IMG/VR virus record: IMGVR_UViG_3300044656_000252
Span: 1-64,000 of that record
Strand: one strand, 5' to 3'
DNA length: 64,000 bases
Source: a virus
Taxonomy: Duplodnaviria > Caudoviricetes
Part shown: piece by piece, positions 53,232 through 62,502 of the stretch
Layout: the number at the start of each line of letters is the position of its first letter
Numbering within the stretch: the stretch's first letter is position 1
Made by a program: the position numbers and the translations under genes
Notes under the pieces: generated by a model
The model's input: the letters and a program-made list of their open reading frames with translations, nothing else
What the model was told of the DNA's origin: nothing
Database searches by the model: none

Positions 53232-53662
53232 GACACGACCTCCACGGTCAGCCAGAGCCGGCGCTTACCCGGTCCCAGGTGGATGACCGGGCCGAGCTTG
53301 GTCATGTACTTGGCGGTGTCGTCGGGCACGAGTTCGAGGCCGACCCAGTCGCGGCGTGGCCCTCGGGCGAGGGCGTCGCAGGCGGCTTTCATGGTGGGCC
53401 ACAGGTTGTCGTCGTCGCGCCGGCGGTTGTCGCCCGGCGCGTAGTGCAGCTGCACGACCAGGTGCTGCGCCTTGGGGATCTTGGCGGCACGCGCGGCGAT
53501 CATGACACCCTCGCGGACGAGGCGCTTCCGCTTGGCCTCGGCCATGTGGTGCAGACGCTGGTTCGCGGTGAGCGGCGGGACGAGCTTGAGCCCGCCGCGC
53601 TCCTGGATCATGGGGACGTCGACCTCGTAGACAGGGTTCTCCGTCTTCGGCGCGGCGGTCAC
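53228..53662 (-). CDS. rusA: RusA-like Holliday junction resolvase
   Basis: RRRDDDNL..TMKAACDAL..VPDD. Confidence 0.85.
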   Translation of the reverse strand: MTAAPKTENPVYEVDVPMIQERGGLKLVPPLTANQRLHHMAEAKRKRLVREGVMIAARAAKIPKAQHLVVQLHYAPGDNRRRDDDNLWPTMKAACDALARGPRRDWVGLELVPDDTAKYMTKLGPVIHLGPGKRRLWLTVEVVS

Positions 53663-53997
53663 GGGCTCACGCTCCAGAGTGCGCGGGCCTGCTCGACGGT
53701 GAGGCCGTTGACCGTGACGTGCGGGGCCTGCTCCTTGGCGAGGCGCAGCGCGGTGTCCAGGTCGAAACGGTGCTCGGCGAGCCACTCGTCGCGGCGCTCG
53801 CTGGGGATCGACTCCCAGCTCCATTCGCCGTCCGAACCGAGGCACCGGGTGCGGTTGTAGACGCCCCACTTGCCGCCGCCGCGCTCGTGGACCTCGATGT
53901 CCCACAGGGACCTGTCCGGGTGGCTCCAGTCGGGTGCGGCGGTCACGACGTAGCTGATCGCACGCACCTCGGGTTCGGGCGTCATCGTCGTGCCCAT
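53659..53997 (-). CDS. Hypothetical phage protein
   Basis: Coupled ORF. Confidence 0.65.
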   Translation of the reverse strand: MGTTMTPEPEVRAISYVVTAAPDWSHPDRSLWDIEVHERGGGKWGVYNRTRCLGSDGEWSWESIPSERRDEWLAEHRFDLDTALRLAKEQAPHVTVNGLTVEQARALWSVSP

Positions 53998-54197
53998 CCC
54001 TTCTCGATGGTCAACTCCACAGTGGACATCTCCCTTAGCTCGCCATACGCGGCGACAACGGCTTCCCGGGTCTGGGGCGCGGGGATCGGGCTCTTGTCAC
54101 GGCGCCGGAGCCGGCGGCGCAGCTGGCCGTCGATGGTCTCGTCGAACTCGGTGCCGCAGTCGGCGACGAACCGGCGCATCCGTCGCGGCTCAGACAT
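53982..54197 (-). CDS. Hypothetical protein
   Basis: ORF track. Confidence 0.5.
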   Translation of the reverse strand: MSEPRRMRRFVADCGTEFDETIDGQLRRRLRRRDKSPIPAPQTREAVVAAYGELREMSTVELTIEKGWARR

Positions 54198-54522
54198 CGC
54201 CGGCCTCCTGCATGAGGAGGTGCCGGTGCTCTAGCTCCAGCGCGAGGCCCTCGAACCGCTCCCGGCACTCCGGCGGCAGCCCAGCGCGGGGATCGGCGGC
54301 GAGGACCCGGAGCACGGCGGCCGACACCTTGGCGGCGACGATCTCCGACGGCCCGAACTCGGGCACCCAGTACTCCTCGGGCACAGCCGGATCGACGGCG
54401 TGGTCCTCGCGGGCGTCGAACAGCTTCCAGGCGACGACGGTCTCCGGGTCCTCACGGAAGCTCGGGTCGCTCGGCAGTGCCTGGACGGTGACATGCAGCA
54501 GGAGATCGAACAGGTCAGACAT
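54190..54522 (-). CDS. Hypothetical protein
   Basis: ORF track. Confidence 0.6.
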   Translation of the reverse strand: MSDLFDLLLHVTVQALPSDPSFREDPETVVAWKLFDAREDHAVDPAVPEEYWVPEFGPSEIVAAKVSAAVLRVLAADPRAGLPPECRERFEGLALELEHRHLLMQEAGDV

Positions 54523-54733
54523 GGGTCACCTCGCGCGACCGCTCGTACCAGAACACGAGTTCCTCGTCGCTGGCCTCGACAGTGACGAGGTTGTCCGACG
54601 AGGGAAGGCCGAGTTCCTTCAGCTCCTGGTCGATCGCGGCGTAGATCTTGCCGATCTCCGCCAAGTTCGTAGGCAGCCGCAAGGCGTACTCACACCGGAC
54701 CGTCGTCACATGCCGAGCGGCGTACTCAGCCAC
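54515..54733 (-). CDS. Hypothetical protein
   Basis: ORF track. Confidence 0.55.
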   Translation of the reverse strand: MAEYAARHVTTVRCEYALRLPTNLAEIGKIYAAIDQELKELGLPSSDNLVTVEASDEELVFWYERSREVTHV

Positions 54734-55259
54734 GGGCCACCGCCTCGTCCGCGAGTGCGAACACCCGCCTGCACGCGACCGTCCGGCACCGACGCCACTC
54801 CGCCAGCTCCGTCACTGGCCGCTGGTGCTCCATGTCCAACACCAGCCGGCTGCCGCACGGGGTACGGCCGTTGTCCATCACCGCATGCAACCGCTGCCCG
54901 ATCGGCGGCCGCCGATCCTGGTACAGCCGATCTGCGGTTGTTGCGGGCGCGGCCATCGGGATGCCGTCGACAAGCACCGGCTCGGGCTCAGGGGCCGTCT
55001 CCTCGACGATCGTGGCCTTCGCACGGGTGCGGGCGTTGCGGCGCTTCAGGGCTCGCCGCTCGTCTTCGCTCAGGCCGCCCCACACCCCGAAGTCCTGTCC
55101 GGTCTCCAGGGCGTAGGACAGGCAGGGCGACACCGAAGGGCAGCGGCGGCACACGGTCTTCGCTTCGGCGATCTGCAAGAGCGCGGGCCCGCTGGAACCG
55201 ATCGGGAAGTGCAGCTCGGGGTCCTCGTCGCGGCAGGCCGCCCTGTGTCGCCAGTCCAT
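54726..55259 (-). CDS. whiB: WhiB1-like Fe-S transcription factor with C-terminal extension
   Basis: MDWRHRAACRDEDPELHFP..CRRCP..C..GVWGGLSEDERRALKRR: four Cys and GVWGG. Confidence 0.95.
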   Translation of the reverse strand: MDWRHRAACRDEDPELHFPIGSSGPALLQIAEAKTVCRRCPSVSPCLSYALETGQDFGVWGGLSEDERRALKRRNARTRAKATIVEETAPEPEPVLVDGIPMAAPATTADRLYQDRRPPIGQRLHAVMDNGRTPCGSRLVLDMEHQRPVTELAEWRRCRTVACRRVFALADEAVARG

Positions 55260-55555
55260 CACCGCTCTCCGTTCTGCTCGGCGCGCTGCGCCATCAATTG
55301 CTTGAGCTCCTCGGTGCAGGCCTGCCGGTGCTGGGCGTCGGCCTCTTGCGCCACGTCCAGCTTCGCCAGCGTGGGGAACTTGTCCGCGTTGCGGGTCGCC
55401 GAGATCAGCACCTGCCTGACCACGTCGGAGTCCTTCGGGTAGTCGTCGTTGCCGCCGAGCTGTCGCGGGTTGGCTTGGCCCCAGCGGGAGCCGTGGACGT
55501 GGGCGAGGACGATGGCCTCGCGGAGCAGTCGCGCCGTGCGCGGGCCGATCTTCAC
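55259..55555 (-). CDS. Hypothetical protein
   Basis: Coupled ORF. Confidence 0.6.
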   Translation of the reverse strand: MKIGPRTARLLREAIVLAHVHGSRWGQANPRQLGGNDDYPKDSDVVRQVLISATRNADKFPTLAKLDVAQEADAQHRQACTEELKQLMAQRAEQNGER

Positions 55556-56484
55556 TCCGCGCCTCCCGTCTCGGCCGGCACGGCGGTGTCCGGGCCGGCG
55601 CTCCAGCCGCTGCGCACCAACGACTGCCAGCCCTCCGGCACCCGCGAGGCGTCCGTCCGCCACGCGGCGAGCTGTTCCCCAACGCGCTGCAGCGTCTCCA
55701 GCGCCTGGTGGTCTTCGGGGTCCAGCCAGAACATGCCGGCGAGGTGGCGAGTGGCCGAGTAGAAGCTGGCCAGTTCCTCCCGCGCCGTGTCCCGCTCGCT
55801 GGTGAGCCGGTCGACCTCGGCGACGAGTTCGGTGATGAGTTCGGACACGCGGTTGCCGCGCCGATGGTGCACGCCCAACGCCCGCCGGTTCTCCAGATCC
55901 ACCTCGCGGAAGTGGTCGCTCCAGAAACGGCTGTTCCGGCCGTTCGCGTCGGCCAGTTTCTGGAGCCGGACGACTTGGTTGATCAGGTCGTCGGTGCTCG
56001 TGCTCGCCGGCAGGCCGAGCGCCTCGGCGACGGCCAGTTCGAGATCGCCGGCCTTCGCCGCCCTCGTCAAGAGGCGCTCGCGTTCGGTCTCCAGCAACGG
56101 CACACGCGCAGCCGCGAGTGCCTGTTCGGTGGTGGCGTACCTGGTCTCCATGTGCGCGCACACGTCGTCGTCGTGGTTGCAGTCGGTGCCGTCGCAGTCG
56201 TCCGGCTGGACGTAGTAGCGGGCTGCTTTCGCGATGTGGTTGAGCAGGTCCAGGTTGGTGATCGGCTTGTCGTCGAGCCAGGTGACGACGGTGCGGCCGT
56301 CGTGCCCGTGGATCGCGACCAGGTCGGCGACGTTGTCGTAGACGACGGTCGACCGAAGCTCGGTCTGCCAGCGGATGACGCAGGTGCCGTCGGGCCACTG
56401 GACGCCGAGCGCGACGCGGCCGGTGCCGGATGCGCCGGTCACGTCCTCGCGGCGATCCAAGGCGAACAGGCGCGGGGCGGTCAT
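55552..56484 (-). CDS. Conserved phage hypothetical (F.L.R.EDVTG.SGTG.VA.GV..PDG domain + coiled coil)
   Basis: Recognisable phage N-terminal motif ending IHGHDGRT. Confidence 0.7.
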   Translation of the reverse strand: MTAPRLFALDRREDVTGASGTGRVALGVQWPDGTCVIRWQTELRSTVVYDNVADLVAIHGHDGRTVVTWLDDKPITNLDLLNHIAKAARYYVQPDDCDGTDCNHDDDVCAHMETRYATTEQALAAARVPLLETERERLLTRAAKAGDLELAVAEALGLPASTSTDDLINQVVRLQKLADANGRNSRFWSDHFREVDLENRRALGVHHRRGNRVSELITELVAEVDRLTSERDTAREELASFYSATRHLAGMFWLDPEDHQALETLQRVGEQLAAWRTDASRVPEGWQSLVRSGWSAGPDTAVPAETGGAE

Positions 56485-56759
56485 CCCTTGCACCGCGGGT
56501 CGTTCGCCACCACGAACAGCGACGCGTACGGTCTGTCCCCGTGGTACGCCACGTACACCCGGTTCGGGCCGTCGGACTTGGACGCCAGGTTGGAGAAGCC
56601 GTCGGGCATGGTGATGACCTGGGCGGCCGAGTTGTTGACCTGGCCGGTGCGCGGGGCGTCCTGGAACGGCTCGGTCATCTTGTCGAACGAGCAGCCACTG
56701 ATCGTCAGCGCCGCTGCGGCGGCCACGGCGGTGAAGATGGTGATGCGCTTGCGGTTCAT
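56481..56759 (-). CDS. Lipoprotein
   Basis: Signal peptide with lipobox LTISGC. Confidence 0.75.
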   Translation of the reverse strand: MNRKRITIFTAVAAAAALTISGCSFDKMTEPFQDAPRTGQVNNSAAQVITMPDGFSNLASKSDGPNRVYVAYHGDRPYASLFVVANDPRCKG

Positions 56760-57073
56760 GCTGCACACTCCTGTGCGGTCTGGATTCGGTGGTAGAGGGC
56801 GAGGGCTTGCCGGGCGGCGGCGACGTTGTCACGGGGCGGCTCGGCGTGACGGGCGCGCCAGTGGCACCCGTCCCAGATGGCGGGGATGACGGCGGGGTGG
56901 CCCCGGTGCGGGCCGAGGACGACGGTGATCTTGTTGCCGCCTCGGACGTAGGTGAGGACCCACTGGTGGTTGGCGGGAGCGGGCCACACGTTCTGGACGA
57001 AGCCGCGGCGCAGGAGGGCGTCCCGGCAGCGGGCGAGGCTGACGTGACGTCGGCGCTTGGGGAACTCGGCCAT
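56756..57073 (-). CDS. Hypothetical protein
   Basis: Coupled ORF. Confidence 0.5.
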   Translation of the reverse strand: MAEFPKRRRHVSLARCRDALLRRGFVQNVWPAPANHQWVLTYVRGGNKITVVLGPHRGHPAVIPAIWDGCHWRARHAEPPRDNVAAARQALALYHRIQTAQECAA

Positions 57074-57504
57074 CACGCCACCACATGCCCGTCGGGTCCG
57101 ATGTGGAGCAGGGGGATCTCGTGCACCGGGCAGTTGCCGGCCTCGTCGCGCGGGGTGTCGCAGTCGGGCTTCGGACATGCGTAGAAGTCGCTGTCGGTGC
57201 TGATCCGGCCGTTGCCACCGGGCATGCAGGCCCCGAGGACTGCGTTGATCCGCTCGGGGATGGTGCCGGAGCTGTCGGGTGGCGTCAGGCGCAGGCCGTT
57301 GCGGCGGATCATCGACAGGGCCCCGTTGGGCTCGACGTCGGGTCCGGACAGGAACGCGTACGTCACGGCCCAGCGGTCCCCGTCTGGGATGAAGGCGAGG
57401 TCGGCCTGGTCGACACGGAACTTGCTGCCATCCTTCGCAGTCAGGATGCGGGCACAGGCGATCTGGACGCTGATGTCGATCCTCGTGATGCCGGCGTCAG
57501 CCAT
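57073..57504 (-). CDS. Hypothetical protein with C-terminal Zn ribbon (CPKPDC..CPVH)
   Basis: ORF track. Confidence 0.6.
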   Translation of the reverse strand: MADAGITRIDISVQIACARILTAKDGSKFRVDQADLAFIPDGDRWAVTYAFLSGPDVEPNGALSMIRRNGLRLTPPDSSGTIPERINAVLGACMPGGNGRISTDSDFYACPKPDCDTPRDEAGNCPVHEIPLLHIGPDGHVVA

Positions 57505-58579
57505 CGGTGCTCACCACCTCGACGACCGGGCCCTCGTTGACCATGGCAGTCCAGGCGCCGGTGGAAGCGACGACGATGTGACAATCCGCCGGACAGTCGT
57601 CGTAGTGCCAGCCGCTCGCGCGCCGCGTGCGGATCTTTCCGTCGGCAAACAGCGCGCGGGTGCCGATCTCGGGCTCGGGGTCGCCGGCGACCCAGCGGCG
57701 CGGCTCGGTTGGCGGCTCCGTCAGCGCGTCCACGGCGGCGTTGAAGTCCTCACGGAGTGCGCCGAGTGCGGCGCGCAGCCGCTCCCAGTCGGCGCTGACG
57801 TCGATGAGCTTGGTCTCCAGCTCGTCCCGCTCGGCGCGCAGGCGGTCTCGCTCGTCACGCACCTTCACGTACTCCTGCCAGCCCTCCTCGCAGCGCACGA
57901 TGGCGTCGTGGCGGCTGAGACCGTCCCAGCCGTCGTAGGGGACGTTCTCGTCGCCGACGAGCCGCTTGAGCCGTGTCACCTCGGCCGTCACCGCGTCGTC
58001 GGCTTCGCGCTCACGCTTCAGCGTGCCGATCAGCCGGTTGATAGCGTCGCGCAGCTCGCGGTAGTGGCTCGCGCCGACCGGCGACTTGCCGAACACCTCA
58101 CGGATCGGGTTGAGCAGCTCGGCGTACGCCTCGAACTCGCGCTGCTCGTCGGCGCGGGCGGCCTCGACGAGCCGTGCCACCTCGGCGTCGGCGCGCTTCC
58201 AGTCCGCGCAGGCATTATCGCGCCACCGGCGGAACGTGTCGCGAGCGTTCCGGTTGGCCTCCAACCGCTCCGCAAGGTCGTCGCGCTGCGCCGACAGGTC
58301 GTCCAGTTGGCCGCGCAGTCGCTCGATCTCGGCGTCGCGCGGGTCACGCGCCGCGGGCGTCCCAGGGACCGCGCCGACGATCGGCCGGCTGTCCTGCCGC
58401 CACTGCTCGCCGTCCTCGTACTGGCCGCCGCCCTCGACCGGCCACCAGCGGCGGCCGTAGTCCGGGTTGTGGCCGAGTACGAACACCACGCCGTCGACGG
58501 CTCGGACGGTGCCGATCGGGTCGGGGGCGGCCGCCCCGCCGGCCGTACCCGACGAGACACCGTTCTGCTGCTCGGACAT
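57497..58579 (-). CDS. Coiled-coil hypothetical protein
   Basis: GAGGA upstream; heptad-rich. Confidence 0.65.
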   Translation of the reverse strand: MSEQQNGVSSGTAGGAAAPDPIGTVRAVDGVVFVLGHNPDYGRRWWPVEGGGQYEDGEQWRQDSRPIVGAVPGTPAARDPRDAEIERLRGQLDDLSAQRDDLAERLEANRNARDTFRRWRDNACADWKRADAEVARLVEAARADEQREFEAYAELLNPIREVFGKSPVGASHYRELRDAINRLIGTLKREREADDAVTAEVTRLKRLVGDENVPYDGWDGLSRHDAIVRCEEGWQEYVKVRDERDRLRAERDELETKLIDVSADWERLRAALGALREDFNAAVDALTEPPTEPRRWVAGDPEPEIGTRALFADGKIRTRRASGWHYDDCPADCHIVVASTGAWTAMVNEGPVVEVVSTDG

Positions 58580-58854
58580 CACGCGGTCCTCTCCTGCGTC
58601 TTCAGCTCCATGCCGGCCGCTGGCGAGAACGGGACCGCGCCGACTACGGGCCAGTGGGCGACCTGCTCCGGCTCCTCGTAGCCGACCGACCCCATCGCGT
58701 CGGTGATCCACCAGGCCGACCGGTGCGGCGGGGACGGCCAGCAGATCGCGAGCATGCGGCCGTCCGGCGACTTGCGCACTGTTCCCATCAGGTCGGTGCG
58801 GGCGTCGCCCTGCGGGCAACCGTTGCCGCCGAACTTCGGCTTGCGCGCGGTCAC
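58579..58854 (-). CDS. Hypothetical protein (GAVP..PAA domain)
   Basis: Coupled ORF. Confidence 0.6.
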   Translation of the reverse strand: MTARKPKFGGNGCPQGDARTDLMGTVRKSPDGRMLAICWPSPPHRSAWWITDAMGSVGYEEPEQVAHWPVVGAVPFSPAAGMELKTQERTA

Positions 58855-59270
58855 GACGCCACCGCCGTCTTCTCGCCGTCGGCGGTCATAGCGGCCAACA
58901 GGTCGGGGCCGCTGATGCGGAGGGCGTTCTTGGTGAGCGGCTGGCCGAGCTTGCGGCCGAGCTCGTAGGCGTGGGCACTGTTGACGCTGGCCTTGCACTG
59001 GACTGTCTCGCCGCCGAGGTCGACGTCGACCGTGGCCTCGCCGCCACCGCCGACGGACAGGCTGACGTTGATGAACACGTCGAACTCGGCGGCCCACGCG
59101 CACACGGCGCGCAACTCGGCGTAGGGGTCGCCGCCGATGAGCATGAAGTTCATCCAGTTCCTGCCGCTGGCTCCGATGGACAGCCAGGATGGCGCGGGCA
59201 GGTGGTCGTACTGGGCGAGGTCGCTGGCGATGCGCGCGGCGGCTGCGGCGATCTGGCTGTTGCTGCTCAT
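58851..59270 (-). CDS. Hypothetical protein
   Basis: SD AAGGAG. Confidence 0.65.
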   Translation of the reverse strand: MSSNSQIAAAAARIASDLAQYDHLPAPSWLSIGASGRNWMNFMLIGGDPYAELRAVCAWAAEFDVFINVSLSVGGGGEATVDVDLGGETVQCKASVNSAHAYELGRKLGQPLTKNALRISGPDLLAAMTADGEKTAVAS

Positions 59271-59515
59271 CGGTTCTGCTCCTTGGCGGCGATGACGTTG
59301 AGTGCGAGCCGCGTGTGGCGCTCGCGGGATTCGTCGGCGATGCGCACCAGCTGCTCGGCGGTGCGGGGGTGTTCGGCGTGATTGCGGGCGGCGACGAGGT
59401 CGTGAGCAACGAGCTCGTCGAGGAGCGCGGTGTTCATCGCGCGGAGGTTGTCGTTCTCGCGGCGCAGCCGGTCCAGTTCGGACACGGTGACCGGCTCCGG
59501 CAGGACGGCGGTCAC
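59267..59515 (-). CDS. Hypothetical coiled-coil protein
   Basis: Coupled ORF. Confidence 0.55.
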   Translation of the reverse strand: MTAVLPEPVTVSELDRLRRENDNLRAMNTALLDELVAHDLVAARNHAEHPRTAEQLVRIADESRERHTRLALNVIAAKEQNR

Positions 59516-59883
59516 TGGACCACCGCCATCACGTGCCCAGCGAGGCCGATCGCTTTCCGGTCGACGTAGACCTGGAAGTCCTCGCGGCGTTCCTGGGTGG
59601 CGGCGATCTGGGCGACCTTGCGCAGCCAACCCGAGAGGAACGGGGCGATGGCCGGTGCCGCCAGCGCGATCCACGCGGCGTCGGCGCGGCCCTGCTCGCT
59701 GTCCTCGGTCTCGACGCTGAAGGAGCCTTCGAGGCAGTGGACGGTCCAGCCGAAGTCGCCGATTCCGCACATCTCCCAACGACCCTGGGTGGCCCGCGAA
59801 CCGAGAGCCTCGATGACGGTGGCGGCGTTGTTGAGGAGTGCGACGGCCGCGTCCCGCTCGGCCGGCCACGCCTCGGCGGTCAT
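59512..59883 (-). CDS. Ead/Ea22-like domain protein
   Basis: ATQGRW...ADAAWIALAAP. Confidence 0.6.
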   Translation of the reverse strand: MTAEAWPAERDAAVALLNNAATVIEALGSRATQGRWEMCGIGDFGWTVHCLEGSFSVETEDSEQGRADAAWIALAAPAIAPFLSGWLRKVAQIAATQERREDFQVYVDRKAIGLAGHVMAVVQ

Positions 59884-60392
59884 CGCGCACCGCCAGAGGC
59901 GTCGGCGGTGTCCTTGGCCAGGTCCGCCATCCACCGCAGCGTCAGGCCGTTGAGGCCGCCGTCGTCGCGCTCCTGCTCGGAGTTGACGATGGTGCCCTCG
60001 GCGTCGCGCAGCTCGACGCGGAACGTGTTCGCGTAACCGCCGCGCTCCAGCAGGTGCAGGTGCAACGTCATGCTGCGCTCGCCGAACAGCTTGTGCCCGG
60101 CCTTCACGTCCGGGAACGGGTGCACCTCGACGATGTGCGGCTGCTCCTTGCCGTCCACGTGCAGGGTCGCCTCGACCTCGAGCGGCATTTCCTTCCAGCG
60201 GCCCTGCCCGGCGTCCCACTGCTCGCGGTTCTGCTCGGCGTACGGGCGGTCGGATCCGGGGCACTCGACGGTCATCTGCCAGGAGCCGTAGCCGTTGGTG
60301 CGGTTGTGCCGCTTGATCCGGCCGTTCGTCTTGACGCCCTTGGACTGGGTGCAGCCGGTGCAGGTGCCGTAGTTGGGGTGCTCGGTGGTCAC
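59880..60392 (-). CDS. Hypothetical protein with N-terminal Zn-finger (CTGC..H..C)
   Basis: Coupled ORF. Confidence 0.6.
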   Translation of the reverse strand: MTTEHPNYGTCTGCTQSKGVKTNGRIKRHNRTNGYGSWQMTVECPGSDRPYAEQNREQWDAGQGRWKEMPLEVEATLHVDGKEQPHIVEVHPFPDVKAGHKLFGERSMTLHLHLLERGGYANTFRVELRDAEGTIVNSEQERDDGGLNGLTLRWMADLAKDTADASGGAR

Positions 60393-60526
60393 CTCGACGC
60401 ACCCCGCTTCCGGTTCGGCCGGACCAGCGTGAGCACGGCGGCGAACAGCGTGGCCAGGAACAGCAGCGAGGTGCCGCCCTGCTGGAAGCAGCCCTGCGGG
60501 CCGTAGTCCTTGCGGTAGCTGGGCAT
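60389..60526 (-). CDS. Small membrane protein (45 aa)
   Basis: Read by eye; coupled at both ends. Confidence 0.45.
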   Translation of the reverse strand: MPSYRKDYGPQGCFQQGGTSLLFLATLFAAVLTLVRPNRKRGASR

Positions 60527-60744
60527 CAGTGTCCTCCGGTGTTGCGGAGCTGCCGGGCAAGCCAGCGCTCAACGACTTTGGTGTCTTGGATTTCGCGGGC
60601 CGTCTCCATCAGCTGATGGATTGGCCCGGTCGACTGGTGCAGCTGTTGGCGTTCGAGGAGCTGTCGATGCTTGCGGAGCTGCTCCAGTTCGGTGGCGACG
60701 TCGAGCAGCAGGCGCGGTCTCGCAGGCTCCGCCGGCGTAGTCAC
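60526..60744 (-). CDS. Hypothetical protein
   Basis: ORF track. Confidence 0.55.
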   Translation of the reverse strand: MTTPAEPARPRLLLDVATELEQLRKHRQLLERQQLHQSTGPIHQLMETAREIQDTKVVERWLARQLRNTGGH

Positions 60745-60851
60745 GGCGCGCCGAGTTCGTCTTCGTCGAACTCGGCGTCGCAGCCGGAACAGCGGTACAA
60801 GGTCGTGTCGTCGACCTGTTCCAGTTCGCCGTAGCAGTCAGGGCAGGTCAT
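60741..60851 (-). CDS. Mini Zn-ribbon protein (36 aa, CPDC..CSGC)
   Basis: ATGA coupling; two CxxC. Confidence 0.55.
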   Translation of the reverse strand: MTCPDCYGELEQVDDTTLYRCSGCDAEFDEDELGAP

Positions 60852-61165
60852 CGCGCACCTGCCTGGATGTCGCGGATCTCCTGCCGCAGCCCGAGCTTCG
60901 CGGCGTCGGCCTTCGTCAGGCACAGCACCGGCTCATGCGCCAGGGTGTGCACCCAGCCCTGCTTGCCGTCCGGCTCACGGGTGAACAACCTGCGGTACTG
61001 CTTCCCGGTCTGCTCCCCGGTCAGGTCCTGCCAAGCGGTGACGCGACCCCAGATCTCGGTCTCGTAGTCCCAGGTGCACACCCACCAGCCGACGTCGACA
61101 CGGCTGATGGCGCGCTTCTCGGCGGCCTCTCGCATCTGCTCCAACGGGAGCGCTGGCGCGTTCAT
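60848..61165 (-). CDS. Hypothetical protein
   Basis: SD GGAGG. Confidence 0.6.
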   Translation of the reverse strand: MNAPALPLEQMREAAEKRAISRVDVGWWVCTWDYETEIWGRVTAWQDLTGEQTGKQYRRLFTREPDGKQGWVHTLAHEPVLCLTKADAAKLGLRQEIRDIQAGAR

Positions 61166-61260
61166 CGCTGGCCTCCGAGCGTTGCGCAGACGGGGCAGTC
61201 GGTGAGGTTGTGCTCGCACTCCTCGGGGGCGGCGGGACCCCAGTCGTCACGGGTGTTCAC
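61162..61260 (-). CDS. Mini Cys-rich protein (32 aa)
   Basis: Coupled at both ends; CEH..CPVC. Confidence 0.4.
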   Translation of the reverse strand: MNTRDDWGPAAPEECEHNLTDCPVCATLGGQR

Positions 61261-61805
61261 CGCGTCACCTCCGCGAAGGCCCGTGCGTTGTCGTCGGGGT
61301 CCAAGCAGTCGCCGAGGACATGAGGCGTGAACTCCTCGCCGGGCACCGGGATGTCGGCCTCGGCCAACGCGTCCCGGACCGCAGAGCACGGCCAGCGCGC
61401 GGCGTCGTCTCGGTGGCACCACACGCGCCCGGTTTCGTCGACCGCGATCCGGCTGCAATCCACGCAGACACCGCCGAACCCGGCCGACCACTCGTGCTCG
61501 TCGAACACCTTCCGAAGCTGTGCCATGGCCGACTCGTCGCAGTCCGGCTGCCACACCACCGGCGGGACCGTCAGCAGCGGCGCCGTCACGGTGACGATGT
61601 CGCGGTGTGCGGCTCGGACGGTCGATGGTGAGCGGTCCTGCCCGTAGGTGATCTGGCCGTGCGAAACGGTGACCGGGTGCTGTGCGGTGACGCGGTCGAG
61701 CTGGTTGTCGGCCATCCAGTCGGTGACGGCGGTGAGGTCGTCGTCGGTCAGCCAGTGACCGGCGTAGGCGTTCAGCCGCCACGTGATGGCGTTGAGGTCA
61801 GTCAT
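61257..61805 (-). CDS. Hypothetical protein with H..CxxC..WPC motif
   Basis: EHEW..CVDC..RWPC. Confidence 0.6.
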   Translation of the reverse strand: MTDLNAITWRLNAYAGHWLTDDDLTAVTDWMADNQLDRVTAQHPVTVSHGQITYGQDRSPSTVRAAHRDIVTVTAPLLTVPPVVWQPDCDESAMAQLRKVFDEHEWSAGFGGVCVDCSRIAVDETGRVWCHRDDAARWPCSAVRDALAEADIPVPGEEFTPHVLGDCLDPDDNARAFAEVTR

Positions 61806-61953
61806 CGTCGCCTGCCGAGTTCTGCTGGATCTGGCGGATGAAGTCGGGGAGAGCGGCCCGGATGTGGCTGCTGGCCACGTCGATCTGGTAGCCATTGCGG
61901 CCGATCAGGTCGGCGATGTCGTAGGCGAGCATGTCCAGGTCGATGTCGGCCAT
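61798..61953 (-). CDS. Small hypothetical protein (51 aa)
   Basis: Read by eye; GAGGAG upstream. Confidence 0.5.
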   Translation of the reverse strand: MADIDLDMLAYDIADLIGRNGYQIDVASSHIRAALPDFIRQIQQNSAGDDD

Positions 61954-62096
61954 CACGCACGCTCCTCGTCCTGCTCGCGCTCGCGGTTGGCCGCGTCGAC
62001 GGCGTCCGCGAGGTCCTCGAACGAGGTCTCGCCGGTGCCGATGCCGGAGAACACGCGGGCAACCCGTACGCCGGCGGTCCAGTCGGGGAGGCTCAT
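61953..62096 (-). CDS. Small hypothetical protein (47 aa)
   Basis: Coupled ORF. Confidence 0.45.
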   Translation of the reverse strand: MSLPDWTAGVRVARVFSGIGTGETSFEDLADAVDAANREREQDEERA

Positions 62097-62431
62097 CGGG
62101 CCACCGCCTGCCGGCGCTCGGTGATGACGCGCTTCCACTCGGCGGTCAGGTCCTCGTAGGTGAGGGGATCGCCTTCGAACAGGTCGAATCCGTACTGCTC
62201 CGGGTAGTCGTCCTCGTCGAAGACATCTGTGGCGCGGCTGTAGTCGCCGTACAACTGCCCGAGGACGCACCTGTCGCAGGAGGCCAGGAGCAGCAAGGTG
62301 AGGTCCACCTCGGCGTCCCAGCCGGGCCGCTTCTGGTCGAGGAGGGCGACGCCAGCCGCAACGCGCTCGGCGGCCGACGCAAGGTCGACGGCGCTGGCCG
62401 TGTAGGGCGGGGTGTGGGGCTTGGGGTCCAT
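62093..62431 (-). CDS. Hypothetical phage protein
   Basis: SD GGGAG; first gene after the promoter. Confidence 0.65.
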   Translation of the reverse strand: MDPKPHTPPYTASAVDLASAAERVAAGVALLDQKRPGWDAEVDLTLLLLASCDRCVLGQLYGDYSRATDVFDEDDYPEQYGFDLFEGDPLTYEDLTAEWKRVITERRQAVAR

Positions 62432-62470
62432 CTGTGCTCCCGGTGTTGGGGTGCTGAGCTGTTCGCGACT

Positions 62471-62502
62471 GCCACACTACTGCCACAAGCCGCCACAAAC
62501 AA
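62471..62502 (-). promoter_or_regulatory. Sigma70-type promoter overlapped by three TGTGGC direct repeats
   Basis: TTGTTT-17-TAGTGT on the minus strand; GCCACA at 62471, 62482, 62492. Confidence 0.55.
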
